A DNA stretch of 64,000 bases from Malacoraja senta. Taxonomy: Eukaryota. Of the stretch, positions 1 to 12,756 are shown piece after piece (position 1 is the first letter of the stretch; every line of letters starts with the position of its first letter). Location of the stretch: contig CM075977.1 of NCBI GenBank assembly GCA_038087875.1, positions 151,466,001 through 151,530,000 on the forward strand, read 5' to 3'. Position numbers and translations under genes: made by a program. The notes below the pieces were generated by a model. It was not told the origin of the DNA and ran no database searches. It saw only the letters and a program-made list of their open reading frames with translations.

Positions 1-740
1 AGCTGGTGCCTGGCTTCAGCATGGTAGAGTTCAGCCTGCCAGACTACGACAGCATTACCCTTGTCCCATAACAATATTGGGATTGTTACTGAGAGGAGGG
101 CCCAGCGTTCAGAGGGGGTGAGATTGGAGTATGTAAGGTGAATGGAGAAGTTGGGACAGTCAATGCTGTAGTTGCAGTTGGAAATAAAAAGAGAGAGAGG
201 GTAGAAGGCTGGCAGATGGTGTTCAGGGGGAGGTGGAGGGGTGTGCTCGGAACTCATTGAAGTGTGGGTGCAAGTGTACAACGAAAAGGGCTCTGCTAAA
301 GACAAATTGTTTGGCATTGGAGAGGGTGAGTTCTGGGGAATTGGTGAAGACATGGCGGGTTGGGGTCAAGGGAGGGCAGGGGGAAAACTCAGGGGAGGAA
401 CTACGGAGGGAGGGAGGGGGCTGAGAGTAGTGCGGAGTGGTGTAAGAGTGGAAGGTAGGGCAAGTGGTCTGGCCAGTATAAGGATAAAGGCAACGGGAGT
501 CAGTGGTGCCGGTGTCAAAGGCACAGACTGAAGCTGGTCGGGGGAACTGTAGGACCTATCGATGTTGATGTCAAGGGTCCTGGACTGGAAGTGTCCGGGA
601 GAACTATGAACTGGCAGGTTGGTAGCCTGGTGTGGTAGAAACTGGGGGAATGTAGGAGTATGCGGCAATTCCTATCTCTGGGAGCTTGAGGAAGGGATAG
701 TCAGGAAGATGTCCAGATGTTCTCCCTGTACTTGGTGTTA
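1..740 (-). mobile_element. Degenerate Penelope-like element (N-terminal/RT region)
   Basis: Minus-strand frames give HVFTNSPELTLS...HPHFNEFRAH and LTPSERWAL...DKGNAVVVWQAELYHAEARHQL, including the DKG motif that precedes PLE RT. Many disruptions. Confidence 0.7.
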
Positions 741-742
741 CA

Positions 743-1200
743 TCAAGTCAAGTCAAGTCACTTTTATTTCTATAGCACATTTAAAAAACAACTCTCGTTG
801 ACCAAAGTGCTTTACATTGGTGGAGGTACTAACGGTATACAAAATTGGTTCATAGATTAAGTACGTACATAAATACATACATATAGCCCTCCCTCAGAGG
901 ACGTCAAGAAAGGCTTGAGAGTAAAGATGAGTTTTAAGTCTCAACTCTTTTGAGTCGGAGTGGGCAGTTCTGATGGGAAGAGGGATGCTGTTCCACAGTC
1001 TAGGAGGTGCCACCGCAAAGGCACGGTCGCCCCTGAGCTTATGCCTAGACCGCGGGATGTTCAGTAACCCCAAGTCGGCCGATCTGAGGGACCTGGAGGT
1101 GGTGTGGTGGGAAAGCAGACTTTTGATGTAGGTGGGGGCAAGCCCGTTAATGGCTTTGTAAACATAAAGAAGGATCTTGAAATTTATTCGGAACCGACTG
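743..1200 (-). mobile_element. L2-clade LINE 3' fragment
   Basis: ORF 894-1238 contains RFRINFKILLYVYKAINGLAPTYI...RSLRS...GDRAFAVAPPRLWNSIP...LKTHLY. L2-type 3' tail with (CTTGA)n. Confidence 0.9.
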
Positions 1201-1354
1201 TAACCCACATAACCCACTGTAACCAAATACATGGGCATGTTAAAGGAAATGTGCCTTTCTCCAAGTTGAGCTTGGTCTTTGATATGTTATCTTGTGCAGC
1301 TAAAATAGTCTTACATTCTTGGAACATGAAGGAACACTTGCACAGTGGTAGATG

Positions 1355-1450
1355 CAGGGCTGCCAACTCTCACGCTTTCAGCGTGAGAATCACGCCTTGG
1401 AGCAAATTCTCACGCCCTCACGCTCATGACCGAGTTCTCACGCTGAGTTC
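1355..1450. mobile_element. Isolated end of a hAT-like DNA transposon
   Basis: CAGGGCTGCCAAC terminus followed by clustered TCACGC subterminal repeats. No partner end found. Confidence 0.5.
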
Positions 1451-1734
1451 AGTCCCTGCGCAGTTTGTCCCTTTGCGCCGCATGCCAGGGGTCTGCACGG
1501 TCTGGGGAAGCTCGTCGGTTGACGGCTGTGAGTGACGTCACGTCGCGTCTCTTCTCTCTTGGTTGGATGTGCAGCCGCCGAGTGTCAGCACCTCTGTGCG
1601 CCGGCTGCGAGCTCTGTGCTGCTGGCCGCCGCTGCAGCCTCGCTCCCTCCCTCCCTCCTGCCCTTCAACTCACACGGCAGCGCCGCCAATCCACGCTACA
1701 CAGTGCCCGCCAGACTCCCCATTGGGCGGCCTGG

Positions 1735-2216
1735 GAGAGAGAGGGAGGGGGAGAGAGAGAGAGAGGGAAAGAAAAAAAGGGAGGGATGGAGGCAAAGAGA
1801 GACAAGGGGAGGGAATGTAGAAAGGGGATGAAGGAAGGAAAGGAGAAAGGGGAGAAAATGGGAGGGGGAGGAAAGAGGTATGGATGGGGGAAAGAGGGAG
1901 GATGGAGGGAGGGGGAAGGAAAGGTGTGTGTGTGTGCTTGTGTGTCTATCTCCCTGTGTGTGTCTCCCCGTGTGTGTTGTTTGTCTCCCTGTGTGTGTGT
2001 GCGTGTCTGTGTGTCTCCCTGTGTGTGTGTGTCTCCCCGTGTTTGTTGTTTGTCTCCGTGTGTGTGTGCATGTCTGTGTCTCCCTGTGTGTGTGTCTCCC
2101 TGTGTCTGTGTGTCTCCCTGTGTGTGTGTGTCTGTCTCCCTGTGTGTGTGTCTGTCTCCCTCCCTGTGTCTGTGTGTGTGTCTTCCTTTGTGTATGTGTG
2201 TCTTCCTTTCCTTCCT
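1735..2216. repeat. GA-rich tract followed by a (GT)n/GTGTCTCCCT compound microsatellite
   Basis: Directly visible low-complexity sequence. Confidence 0.9.
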
Positions 2217-2218
2217 TC

Positions 2219-2568
2219 GGGACGATAGATGGCGCAATGGGCTAAGTGTTCGGCTGGCAACCGGAAGGTAGCCGGTTCGAATCCCGCTTGGAGTGCATAC
2301 TGTCGTTGTGTCCTTGGGCAAGACACTTCACCTACCTTTGCCTGCGTGTGAATGTGTGTGAATGTGTGTGAGTGATTGGTGGTGGTCGGAGGGGCCGTAG
2401 GCGCAGATTAGCAGCCACGCTTCCGTTAGTCTGCCCCAGGGCAGCTGTGGCTACAGAAGTAGCTCACCACCACCGAGTGTGACTGAGGAGTGAATGAATA
2501 ATGCGATGTAAAGCGCCTTGAGTATTAGAAAGGCGCTATATAAATCCCATCCATTATTATTATTATTA
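2219..2568 (+). mobile_element. tRNA-derived SINE with CORE-like domain and L2-type tail (AFC-like)
   Basis: A box TGGCGCAATGG at 2230; B box GGTTCGAATCC at 2274-2284; GTGTCCTTGGGCAAGACACTTCACC; tail TGTAAAGCGCC...AGGCGCTATATAAAT followed by (ATT)n. Confidence 0.85.
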
Positions 2569-3315
2569 TAAAGGGGGCCACATTGGGAATGCCGGATGCA
2601 GTAAATAGAGGATAAAGAATATGACCAATCACAGACAATTGGGATTGGTGTAGATAGTCAATTTAGTCAGCATGGACAAGCTAGGTCAAAGAGTATGTTT
2701 TGATACTATACAACTCCATAGATCTAAGATCTACAATAGGTACCTGGAAGCACTGCTGACGTCCCTGGATGGATATGAGGGAAGAGGTATAGGAACAAGT
2801 TAGAGGACATGAATAATACATTTCAGATCAGGACCCTTCTTTACACTGATAATAGTAGGTTATGTTGAGAAGTTTATTTTTGTCATGCATATTCCACATA
2901 TCCGATCTGTTTCAATGACCACTACCAAAGAAACTCCCCGCAAAACACAAAGTGCTGGAAGAACTCAATGGGTCAAGCACTGGAATTTGTTCATAATATT
3001 CCATTGCTTGTTGATCTTTTTCTTACCCTACCTAATGTACATCTTACATCCATGATGTGGTGCAGCATCAAAACATACCCTTTGGCTTAGTTTGTGCACT
3101 TGAACCAAAGTGGCAATCTACACTAATCCCCATTGTTTATGTTTGGCTCTAAACCTTTCCTAGCCATGTACATGTCCAAATATATTGGTGTATAAAATCA
3201 AATAAATCATAAGATATCTTATGCCCATAAAGAGCAAAATGATAACCATGGACTTAATAGCATATATAGGAACCAAACGGGAATCCATCCATATATGACT
3301 ATATGGATGACTATA

Positions 3316-4160
3316 TTAGATTAGATTCGATTTTATTCTTGTCATTTGAACCTGAAAGAGGCTCAAACGAAACTTTGTTTCCACAGCCATACAAACAAAA
3401 CAATTCCTACACGACACACAAACAATTCAATTTACAGAAAAACATCCATCACAGTGAATCTCCTCCTCACTGTGATGGAAGGCAAAGTCTTTTCTCTCCC
3501 CTGCACCATTTTTCTCCCGATGTTGAAGCCCCATGCGGGCAATGTTAAGTCCCACGGCCGTTGAGGCCGCGCCGGGCGGTGTACTGCCTCGCTCCGGGCC
3601 CAAAAGTCACAAAGTTGGAGCCCCCGGCGGGCGCTGGAATGTCCCGCGGCCATTAAAGCCGTGCCGGGCGATTTTCGGCCCCGCTCCGGGTCGTTCCAAC
3701 CCCGCGACACGGGCGGGAGAAATTGCGTTGCGGGAGCTCCGGAAAGCGGTCCCTCACCCGGACCCGCGAGCTCCCGATATCACTGTCCACCGGTCTGCAG
3801 CTTGAGCCCCAGAGTCGGGCCGCAGCAGCGAGTCACCACCGCCCCTCACGCTCCGAGGACGGCCAGCCCCACGATGGTAAATCCGCAGCTCCACAGGCTC
3901 CGCGACTGGAGCCCCCAGGTCGTCCCGGTCGGAGGCCGCTCCACGGAGCTAGGCCCCAACGACAACGGAGACCCGACAGGGAAAAAGTCGGGTCTCCCGT
4001 ATAGGGAAGAGATTTTTTAAAGTTTCCCCCGCCCCCCACATATACACAGTTAAAAACAGCATAAAAAACCCCACAAACAACTACATTTAACGAGACAAAA
4101 ATAAAAAAAAGACAAACGGACTGCAGTCGCACCGCTGCCATTAGGCGCCGCCACACCCAC
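3316..4160 (-). mobile_element. GC-rich non-autonomous retroposon with Rex/Babar-type tail
   Basis: CpG-rich body, perfect 13-bp stem hairpin at 3445-3479, and 3' end ATGACAAGAATAAA plus (TCTAA)n on the minus strand. Confidence 0.6.
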
Positions 4161-4399
4161 ACCCAAATATATAGTAATATATTTCATATTCATGTGTGAA
4201 TATGAAATTCATATTCATATTGCTGATATAAGTATTAAATAATGGAGAAAAAACAGAATCCCAGAAATCTGCTATAAAAACTCAGAATGGTGTAAATTCA
4301 CACAAGTCAAACAACATCTGTGGAAAGAGAAACATTTAACATTTCAGATCCAAGACCCATTGCCAGAACTGGGAACCACACTGTTCCCTATTGCATTCT

Positions 4400-4800
4400 T
4401 GTTACTCCTCACTGCTTCCTGTACCAGGGTGCCGTGGTCGGTTGCACTTCCTCCCAACAGATCCTGCACTTGTTCCCGTGGGTTGTAAGAATCTCAAATC
4501 TATTGGATATGTGAGGGACTGATATATCTGAAATAGCACTCCCAGACCCCATACGTGCCTCACTATCAGTCACACCCATCTGTCCCTTCTGTCCCACAAG
4601 CAAATGTTAAAGTATTTAATCCAAAGGGTGTGGTGCGTCCTGGAACAAAAGGCACAGCTGCTTTCTCCCTCCCTGATGTTTCACAATGTTTGCAGCTGCG
4701 ATTCCAGCTAGGAGCCAATGTCCTTCAAGCTGCAAACATGTACATCTTGGACAAAAATATCTGCAAACTGCCTCATATTGCAGCAGCAACATATCTCCTG
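4400..4800 (-). mobile_element. Degenerate CR1 ORF1 remnant
   Basis: VPHISNRFEIL motif and Cys-rich N-terminal remnants. Confidence 0.45.
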
Positions 4801-4970
4801 TCCTATCACTTTATTTATTTCAATAATCAGTTGAGTGATAATAACTTATTTACTTCCACATTATTTTTAAATTAGTTAAATTCAATTTTTAAAAATAATT
4901 TAAATGCTATAGAAAACTTACCTGCCTTACCTGTAACAACAAACTGCAATTATCAACACACTGCAATTAT

Positions 4971-5062
4971 CTGAAGAAGGGTCTCGACCTGAAACGTCAC
5001 CTATTCCTTTGCTCTATAGATGCTGCCTCACCCGCTGAGTTTCTCCAGCATTTTTCTCTACC
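4971..5062 (+). mobile_element. Penelope terminal-repeat fragment with minimal hammerhead motif
   Basis: CTGAAGA-AGGGTC-TC-GACCT-GAAA-CGTC, same family as the pLTR at 51700-51828. Flanked by CTGCAATTATC / CTGTAATTATC. Confidence 0.75.
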
Positions 5063-5295
5063 TGTAATTATCATTATGCAGCTTTCAAATTGCTCGGCGG
5101 CATTCTCTTTTTCTTTATTTTGATGCTCTCTCGATTCCTGCTCTTTTCAACTCTAGATATATAGATACAGAAAAAATGAAAGTTTTAAACTGCAGGAAGA
5201 TATAGATGGTCTGATACATTGAATGGTAAATCTAAAAATGAAATTTAGAGTCTACAGCAAAGAAACAGACTCTATTGTCCATCATGTCCATGACA

Positions 5296-5608
5296 GTTTA
5301 GTTTAGTATCAAGATACAGCGCGGAAACAGGCTCTTCGGCCCAGCAAGTCCGCACCAACCAGCGATCCCCGCACATTAACACTATCCTACACACACTGGG
5401 GATAATTTACACTTATACCAAGCCAATTCAACTACAAACCTGTACATCTTTGGAGTATGGGAGGAAACCGAAGATCGTGGAGTAAACACACATGGTCACA
5501 GGCAGAACGTACAAACTCCGTACGGACCACCCATAGTCGGGTTTGAACCCGGGTCTCCGGTGCTGCAAGCACTGCAAGATAGCAACTCTACCACTGCGCC
5601 ACCGTGCC
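5296..5608 (-). mobile_element. HE1-like tRNA-derived SINE (V-SINE type)
   Basis: Minus strand reads GGCACGGTGGCGCAGTGG (A box), GGTTCAAACCC (B box), V-domain GGTTTCCTCCCA..TCCAAAGA, CR1-like tail and (CTAAA)n. Confidence 0.85.
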
Positions 5609-5609
5609 G

Positions 5610-6240
5610 TACCTGTTGTACCTATCTACACTAATTTGCCAGCATTGTGTCTGTAGCTTCCTATGCCTTTGTTATCTCTGAAGCATTGTGTTTGTATCTG
5701 CCCCATAACGTCCCCAGGCAGCTTGTTCCAGATATCAACCACTTTCTGTTGAAAAACGTTATCCGCTGAATCCCTTCTAAATCTCTTTCCCCTCACTCCT
5801 GGACTCACATTTAGACAGCCCACTGTGGGAATGGCACATTCTTAGTCACGTGTATGATCAAAAATATGAAAAATTGTGGAATGATTAGAATTATAGAACA
5901 TAGAACAGCACACGAACAGGCACTTTGGCCCACAATATATGTGCCAAATATGATGCCAAGACCATCCCTTCATTCTACGCATATCTATCCACGCATATGT
6001 CTATCCAAAAGTCTCTTAAATGCCACTATAGTATTTGCCTCAACCAACCCTGGCAGCGCGTTCCAGGTACTCACTATTCTCAGTGCACATAACTTGCCTG
6101 GCACATCTCATTTAAACTTTGCCTCTCTCAACTTAAAGCAGTGCCCTCTAGCATTTGATTTTTCTATTCAGAGAAAAAGGTTCTGATTATCTTTCCTATC
6201 TAGTCCTCATAAATTTATATACTTCTATCAGGTCTCTCGG
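5610..6240 (-). mobile_element. CR1/HER1-like LINE 3' fragments
   Basis: VFQQKVVDIWNKLPGDV motif and CR1 3' UTR remnants. Confidence 0.65.
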
Positions 6241-6662
6241 GAACATGGGCACTGACTTCCCCACCATTGAAAGGATCTACAGGAATCGCTGCCTCAAATA
6301 GGCAGCCAGCATCATCAGAGATCCACATCACCTGGGCCACGCTCTCATTTCATTCTTGCCATCGGGAAGAAGTTATAGGAGCCTGAAAATTGCAACATCC
6401 AGGTTCCTGAGGACATCGTGAGATAATCCTGAGGACATCGTCAGGACCAGAAAAATGTAACTATAAGAAAAGATTTGATAAGCTCTGGATCAAGAGTCAA
6501 GAGTGTTTTATTGTCATGTCCCAGAAGGGAGAATGAAATTCTTACTTGCAGCAGCACAACAGAATATGTGAATATGTAAACATAGTACAGTATGGGGGAA
6601 GAGAAAAAGTTCAATAAATAACAAATATAGTTAAATAACAGAGGCTGAGAGGAGATGAAACC

Positions 6663-6866
6663 TGTAGATGGTTTATGCATGCAACCAATCATATAGCTAC
6701 CTCACCACTACTAACCCCGCCTTAGGTATCATTTATAATAATGCCTGCTTCTCCTTCTGAGCAGTACAGTAGCAGACTGGAGTCAGTGACTACTCATGTA
6801 TCGTTTAACTCTGTATCCTTATTAAAGACTATTATAAAGTTACACGTGTGTAATGATTCATTTACA
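6663..6866 (+). repeat. 5' LTR
   Basis: Direct repeat of 11083-11286; I count 4 substitutions over 204 bp. Confidence 0.97.
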
Positions 6867-6946
6867 TGGTGTCGGCTAGAGACAACTCGCGTCTCCTGTT
6901 TACCGTTTTTTATTTCTTTTGCTAAGTTTTTATTTTCATTTTGACG

Positions 6947-7747
6947 ATGGCTTCCTCTTGCCGAAAGCCTGCTCAGCTCGTCTTCGATTCGGACATCGCG
7001 GAGTGCTGGGCTACGTTCGAACTGGACTACCGCCACTACATGAATATCGCACATCGGAACGATCCCGATGAAGTCAAAGCCTCCCTTCTTCTCAACCTTG
7101 CCGGCCCCGACGCCATGAGAAGAGCGAGAACTTTCAGTTACGCCCCAGCGGTCCTGGGTGCCGACGATCAGGTACTGATACCCATAGAAACAGCCGACGA
7201 CCCGCATGTCCTGATACGCAAATTCAGGGAGATTTGCGACCTGCCCTCTAATCGTATTTTAGAAAGGGCGCGATTTTTTACTCTCAAGCAGTTGCCCGCT
7301 GAGTGCTTCATCGCTGATTTATGTTACCTAGCCCAGAGGTGCCGGTTCGTAGCGATGACAGACCAGCTAACTAGAGACATTTTGGTGACAGGGATGCTCG
7401 ATCAGAAACTGAGATCAGAGCTCCTCCGCAAACCCGATCTGACCTTAAATGAAGCCATGCATGCCTGCAGAATGGCTGAGGTCATTGACCCGCCAGACAG
7501 TCAGCGTGATTCGGACACTAAATCTATCAACCTGACTGGGTTCAATAGACCGCAACCTCGAAGGGATAACACAAAATTTGTGCCTCGGGCCAGCCCCGCA
7601 TCTGGCTGTGAACCCCCCAAATGCCCGAACTGTAATTATATGCATCACAGGCAGTCGCCATGCCCTGCCTACGGTAAAGCCTGCAACTATTGCAAGAAGT
7701 TAAACCATTTCTCTGCTGCCTGTCGTTCTCATGGGAAAGTACCATGA
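6947..7747 (+). CDS. gag: Gypsy gag with two zinc knuckles
   Basis: CPNCNYMHHRQSPC followed by PAYGKACNYCKKLNHFSAAC, the paired-knuckle arrangement typical of the Mag clade. Confidence 0.85.
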   Translation: MASSCRKPAQLVFDSDIAECWATFELDYRHYMNIAHRNDPDEVKASLLLNLAGPDAMRRARTFSYAPAVLGADDQVLIPIETADDPHVLIRKFREICDLPSNRILERARFFTLKQLPAECFIADLCYLAQRCRFVAMTDQLTRDILVTGMLDQKLRSELLRKPDLTLNEAMHACRMAEVIDPPDSQRDSDTKSINLTGFNRPQPRRDNTKFVPRASPASGCEPPKCPNCNYMHHRQSPCPAYGKACNYCKKLNHFSAACRSHGKVP

Positions 7748-7807
7748 GCTTCCAGACCTAACCTAAACATGCTGATGCAAGTTGATAACAATTAATGCTC
7801 TCCGTCC

Positions 7808-10800
7808 TTGCTCGACGCTGCCCACGTTGCCGATCCAATTAATTCGCAAGGGGAGGCAAGTGTATACTCACTCCTTCATGCACCTGGCCGGCTACCCGAT
7901 CCAACTGTTCTGATAACTGTCAACAATTCCGACTTTCACGCTAAGCTCGACACGGGGGCGAAGGTGAATGTAATGTCAATAAGCCTTTTCAAGAAGATAA
8001 GGAATAATGAGCTACTGATTGCAGTCCACTCTGCATGCTTACGGGGGCGAGGTGCTGAGACCGCTGGGAAAAGCTACTTTCACTTGTGTGCTGAAAAAGA
8101 CAACGCGTGCCTTGACCTTTTATGTTTTGAACTCTGACTGTGTGACTCTGTTGGGCAACCAGGCATGCCAGGATCTGGGATTGGTGTCGTTCGACAGAAC
8201 GGTCCACAAGGTGATGATATCGGTGGACCCGGTAAAGGAATACCCTGACCTGTTTAATGACGAACTGGGCAAGCTGCCTATTACCTACAAAATTGCTACT
8301 GATCCAAAGGTGTAACCTGTAATTCGTGCACCGCACAGAGTGTCTCACGCCATGAAGGACAAAGTCGAGTCCATGTTGAACGACATGGTCACCATGGGGG
8401 TGCTAGAAGCGGTCAGTGAGCCCACCGAGTGGGTGTCCACCATGGTTGCCACGTTAAAAAAGGACAAGAATGAAATCCGTGTGTGTATCAACCCTAAAGA
8501 CTTGAACCCTTGCCATCAGGCGCCCCCACTACCCCATGAGGACTGTTGAGGATGTTGCAGCTCAGGTCGGACAGGTCACCGTCTTCTCTGTCCTCGACGC
8601 AAAGAGCTCGTTTTGGCAGATACCGCTGGACAAGGGGTCATCGGATCTGACCACGTTTTCAACACCGTTCGGCAGATTCAAATGACATTCGGCATCAACT
8701 CTGCCAGCGAGGTGTTCCAGAGGACCATGGATCAGCTGTTCGCTGGCATGCCATGCGCCATCATTGTTGATGACATCCTGGTCTACGGGAAAGACGTGGT
8801 GGAGCACGACCAGAACCTACACTGTGTCCTGGAGCGGGCACGACTGATCAACCTCAAGCTTAACCCCAAGAAGTGCAGATTCCGGGTCTCCGAGGTCACT
8901 TACGTTGGCCATGTATTCACTCCTGCCGGACTCAAGCCCGATCCTTTGAAAGCTGCCGCTATCACTGAGAACCCGGCCCCCACCGACGTGCTCGGTCTAC
9001 AGAGTTTCCTGGGTATGGTGAACTATCTTGGGAAATTTATTCCCAACCTCAGCGAACTGAGCTCGTCCCTGCAACAACTGACTAGAAAAGACACCGCCTG
9101 GTCCTGGTTCCCGCAGCACCAGCAGGCTTTCGTTACTTTAAAGTCTAAGCTGATCAGCACTCCTACTCTGACGTTTCTCGACCTGAAGCGCCCCATCACC
9201 GTCACCTGTGATGCCTCGCGATTCGGGCTCGGTGCAGCCTGCCTACAGTCCTCTGCAGATGGCTCCCTGCTCCCGGTCTCCTATGCCTCCCGTACCATGA
9301 CCGACACCGAACAACGCTACGCACAGATCGAAAAGGAGCTGCTTGCTGTCGTTTTCGCCTGCTCTAAGTTCAAAGACTTTCTTTCCGGGAATTCTTTCGC
9401 AGTTGAGACTGACCACCAGCCATTGGTGACTATCCTGAATAAGCCGATCCATGTCGCACCTGCCAGGCTGCAACGTATGATGGTGCAGCTCCAGCGTTTC
9501 GACTTCACCATTGTCTACAAGAAGGGTACTGAAATGCACGTTGCGGACACTCTCTCTCGCGCCCCTCGCGCTACCTGCGATCGCCACCCATATGAACGGG
9601 AAGACCTCCTGGTGCTCGCCATTGACTTTGTCCCCACTAAGCAGCTTCAGTGCCTAGCCGAGCATACTGCCGCCGACCCCACTCTGCAGCGACTTTCTTC
9701 AGTGATAAAAGGGGGTTGGCCGAGCAAGCGCGCCAGCGCGCCCGCAGAGACACAGCCTTTTTTCCTGGTTCGCGACGAACTGGTCATCCAAGACGGCGTT
9801 ATTGTTAAGGGCCACAAGGTCGTGATCCCCTCCTCCCTGTATGACAAGTACTACAGCGTGGCCCACAGCGGGCACCCGGGCATTGATGCCACGATCGCCC
9901 ACGCACAGTGCCAATTTTACTGGCCTGGAATGGCAAAGTACATCCTGCAACAGCCTTGCGTCCCACCAGTAAAGGCAGCCCCTTTTGCAACAACCCGCGC
10001 CTGGCCTGGACCTCGGTGGCCGCTGACATTTTCGAGTGGCGTGGTAAATACTACCTTGTCCTGGCTGACTCATACTCGAACTGGTTCGAGGTTGACCTTC
10101 TGACCTCCCTCACATCCGAGATGGTCATCCGCAAGCTGAGGAAACATTTTTCCACTATCGGCTCGCCTGTCCGTCTGCAGGCCGACAACAGCAGGCAGTT
10201 TACCAGCCAGGAATTCAAGCACTTTGCCAACAAATGGAACTTCCTCCACTTCACGAGCAGCCCTGAGTACCCGCAGAGTAACGGGCTTGCTGAGCGGGCT
10301 GTCCGGAGTGCCAAACTACTAATGGAGCAAGCGCGCCTGGCGAATTCCGACTTTTACCTCGACCTCCTGAACCTAAGGAACATTTCCAGGGATGCAACCC
10401 TGGGCTCACCTGCCCAGCGGCTGATGTCCAGAACGACGAGACCACCGATTCCGATTGCTCAACACAAGCTGCTACCTCGGGTGCTGGAGCCTGCCTCCGT
10501 CCAGACGCGCATTCAGGAAAAGCACGACATCCAAAGACGGTCACATGATAGATCGTGCAAACCACTCAAGCCTCTGCTGCCTGGACAGGCCGTTCGTCTA
10601 CATACTGCTAGCGGATATTCCCATCTGGCCACCGTGGTTGGCATTGCCGACGCGCTTCGTTCGTACCTTGTGGACTTTGAAGGGACTGTTTACTGCAGGA
10701 GTCGTCAACACCTGCTTGCAGTACAGGAGCCGCTCCCGCAGGCAGCGGGACCCTACGCTCCGTCGCTGCAGTTCCAGCCATCCGCTGCTGATCCCGTTAC

Positions 10801-11035
10801 CGGCCCCTGCATGTCTCAGTCCCCTCGCGTGTTTTGTTCACCTCCGCGTGGGATGCCCATTGCTAACCGGTTTTCCACCCCTCCTGCACGTTTGTCTCCC
10901 CTGATGCTTTCTGTTTCCCCTACGGCTTCGTCGCCTCCGGGTTTGGGTCTTTCTGGTGAGGGGGGGGAAGGGTTGGACCGTACGCGCTCGGGCCGTGTCA
11001 GCAAGCCGCCTGTTCGGTATGGTGATTTTGTTTAA
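7808..11035 (+). pseudogene. pol: Gypsy pol (protease, RT, RNase H, integrase), frameshifted
   Basis: KLDTGA protease; IIVDDILV RT; TCDASRFGLGA...YAQIEKELLA RNase H; ADIF...ADN...YPQSNGLAERAV integrase. Split across several ORFs, with an in-frame stop at 8313-8315. Confidence 0.92.
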
Positions 11036-11082
11036 TTCGTTGCCATGGTTATCCACCATGTTTAATCTTCTAAGGGGAAGGA

Positions 11083-11286
11083 TGTAGATGGTTTATGCAT
11101 GCAACCAATCATATAGCTAACTCACCACTGCTAACCCCGCCTTAGGTATCATTTATAATAACGCCTGCTTCTCCTTCTGCGCAGTACAGTAGCAGACTGG
11201 AGTCAGTGACTACTCATGTATCGTTTAACTCTGTATCCTTATTAAAGACTATTATAAAGTTACACGTGTGTAATGATTCATTTACA
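11083..11286 (+). repeat. 3' LTR
   Basis: Direct repeat of 6663-6866, preceded by the PPT. Confidence 0.97.
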
Positions 11287-12756
11287 AAACCGGTACATAA
11301 AATTATGCAGCTGAAATTGAGTAAATGGAAAAGATCTATTTTATTTCGAAGTCATGTGAGTGACTACGTGAAGAGCCCGCCAGCCCGCATGTGCGTCAAT
11401 TCGTCTAGCGCATGGCGCTACTCGGAGTAGTTTCAAACTGCTCTGACCAGGTAAGTCAATTTTCACCGGGCCGCTCTATAGCATGCCCAAAGTAGCTATG
11501 GATGCGGCTGGGGGTTTGGGCCGCCATGGAAGCTCCATAGGAGCTAGAGTAAGTAGAATTTCTGCGCCGCAGTTTGAGCTCTCCACGGGAGCAGGTGGCT
11601 GAAATTGTAGGGCTCCGTGGGAGCTGGATTTGCGGCTGTTGCCGTTATAGTCTGCACGGCAGCAGGTGGCCGAAATGGGAGACCGCCGGCTAGGATATGT
11701 TATTACAGCTGCTGCCATAAGAGCTCCATTTGGGAGCAAGCAGCCAGAGTTGGAGGCAGCGTGGGGCTCCGTAAGGAGCTAGAATTCATAAATTGTGGCT
11801 GCCGGCAGCCAGGTCTATTATCGCTGCATGAGGTTTCCAGCAGCAGGTGAGTTTAAAAAATTTAACCGCGGCCAAGAGCTACCGCTTAGGTATGCTCAGC
11901 TGCCGTAGCACCGAACAATTTTAACATAGTTACTACTACAGCTATGCTGCAGCAGCATATAGTGTATACTTTAATTTTGGGCGGCTATAATAGAGTTGGC
12001 ATTAATAACAGTTGACACTCGGTCACGTTTGTGACTATCGTAGCCGATAGCATTCTAAAGCCATGTTTTATTCTTGGCAATATAACAAATATGTCTTATC
12101 ATGCCAATAAAAGTTTATGTTTAAAAAAAAAAAAAGATAATTACAAAGGACATTTATTATCACTTACACCAATGGTGTAGTGGTATTGGACTTGCCGTTG
12201 CAGTCCAGAGCTCCTGGCTTAGGAAACCTTGTTTGAGCTGTGCCTATCAGACACCTGTGGGAGCTACACCTGGTGGCGTCATGGTATTTCCGCTCATTAG
12301 AGGGGACTGTTGAAGATTCTTTTATAAGAGACTCCAACTATATGCATATCAATAAAGTAGTCGAATCTCTGATTTAATAGGGATAGGCTTCTTTTAATCA
12401 TAATAAACGTAATTGCCTATGACAACACCTGGCAGGTTTGCAGTATTTCTCCCACTCTGGCGTATGGGGTCCTTCCCTGTAATACTCCGTTGGCTCCAGA
12501 AGGGAGCAAGGACTCGGAGTCACTACCAGGTGCAATCTGTTTGGTAAATGATGATACCAACAGAGCACCGATCTGCAGCTAGTCTCAGTTCGGCTGCTAA
12601 AGGAAGCAGCCTGACAACCCCAAGTCGGGGTAAAGTCATAGCCAAGTCTTGGGACATCTATGGCAGATGTGATTGGGCGTTTGTCTCAATTAGAACATCT
12701 GATGAATCAAATTATAACACAAGGAATGCTCCATGTTACGAAGGCATGTCAGGCAA

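Larger units (their letters stand above)
6663..11286 (+). mobile_element. Full-length Ty3/Gypsy LTR retrotransposon (Mag-like), coding-defective
   Basis: 204-bp LTRs with TG...CA ends; 5-bp TSD AAACC (6658-6662, 11287-11291); PBS beginning TGGTGTC at 6867; PPT AAGGGGAAGGA at 11072-11082; domain order gag-PR-RT-RH-IN. Confidence 0.97.

Noticed and set aside
2219-2295. Possible tRNA gene (also the head at 5540-5608)
   Set aside because: The A and B boxes belong to SINE heads followed by SINE bodies and LINE-type tails.
1465-2326. Long ORFs rich in C/V or T/H
   Set aside because: These are translations of GA and GT microsatellites.
3432-4162. CpG-rich region as a promoter CpG island or Arg/Pro-rich gene (also 15118-15663 and 47584-48116)
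   Set aside because: Each lies inside a mobile element with a recognisable tail or TIR. The overlapping ORFs are GC-content artefacts.
6663-11286. Low LTR divergence alongside many ORF lesions as a sign of trans-mobilisation
   Set aside because: About 2% LTR divergence allows dozens of mutations over 4.2 kb, so neutral decay cannot be excluded from a single copy.
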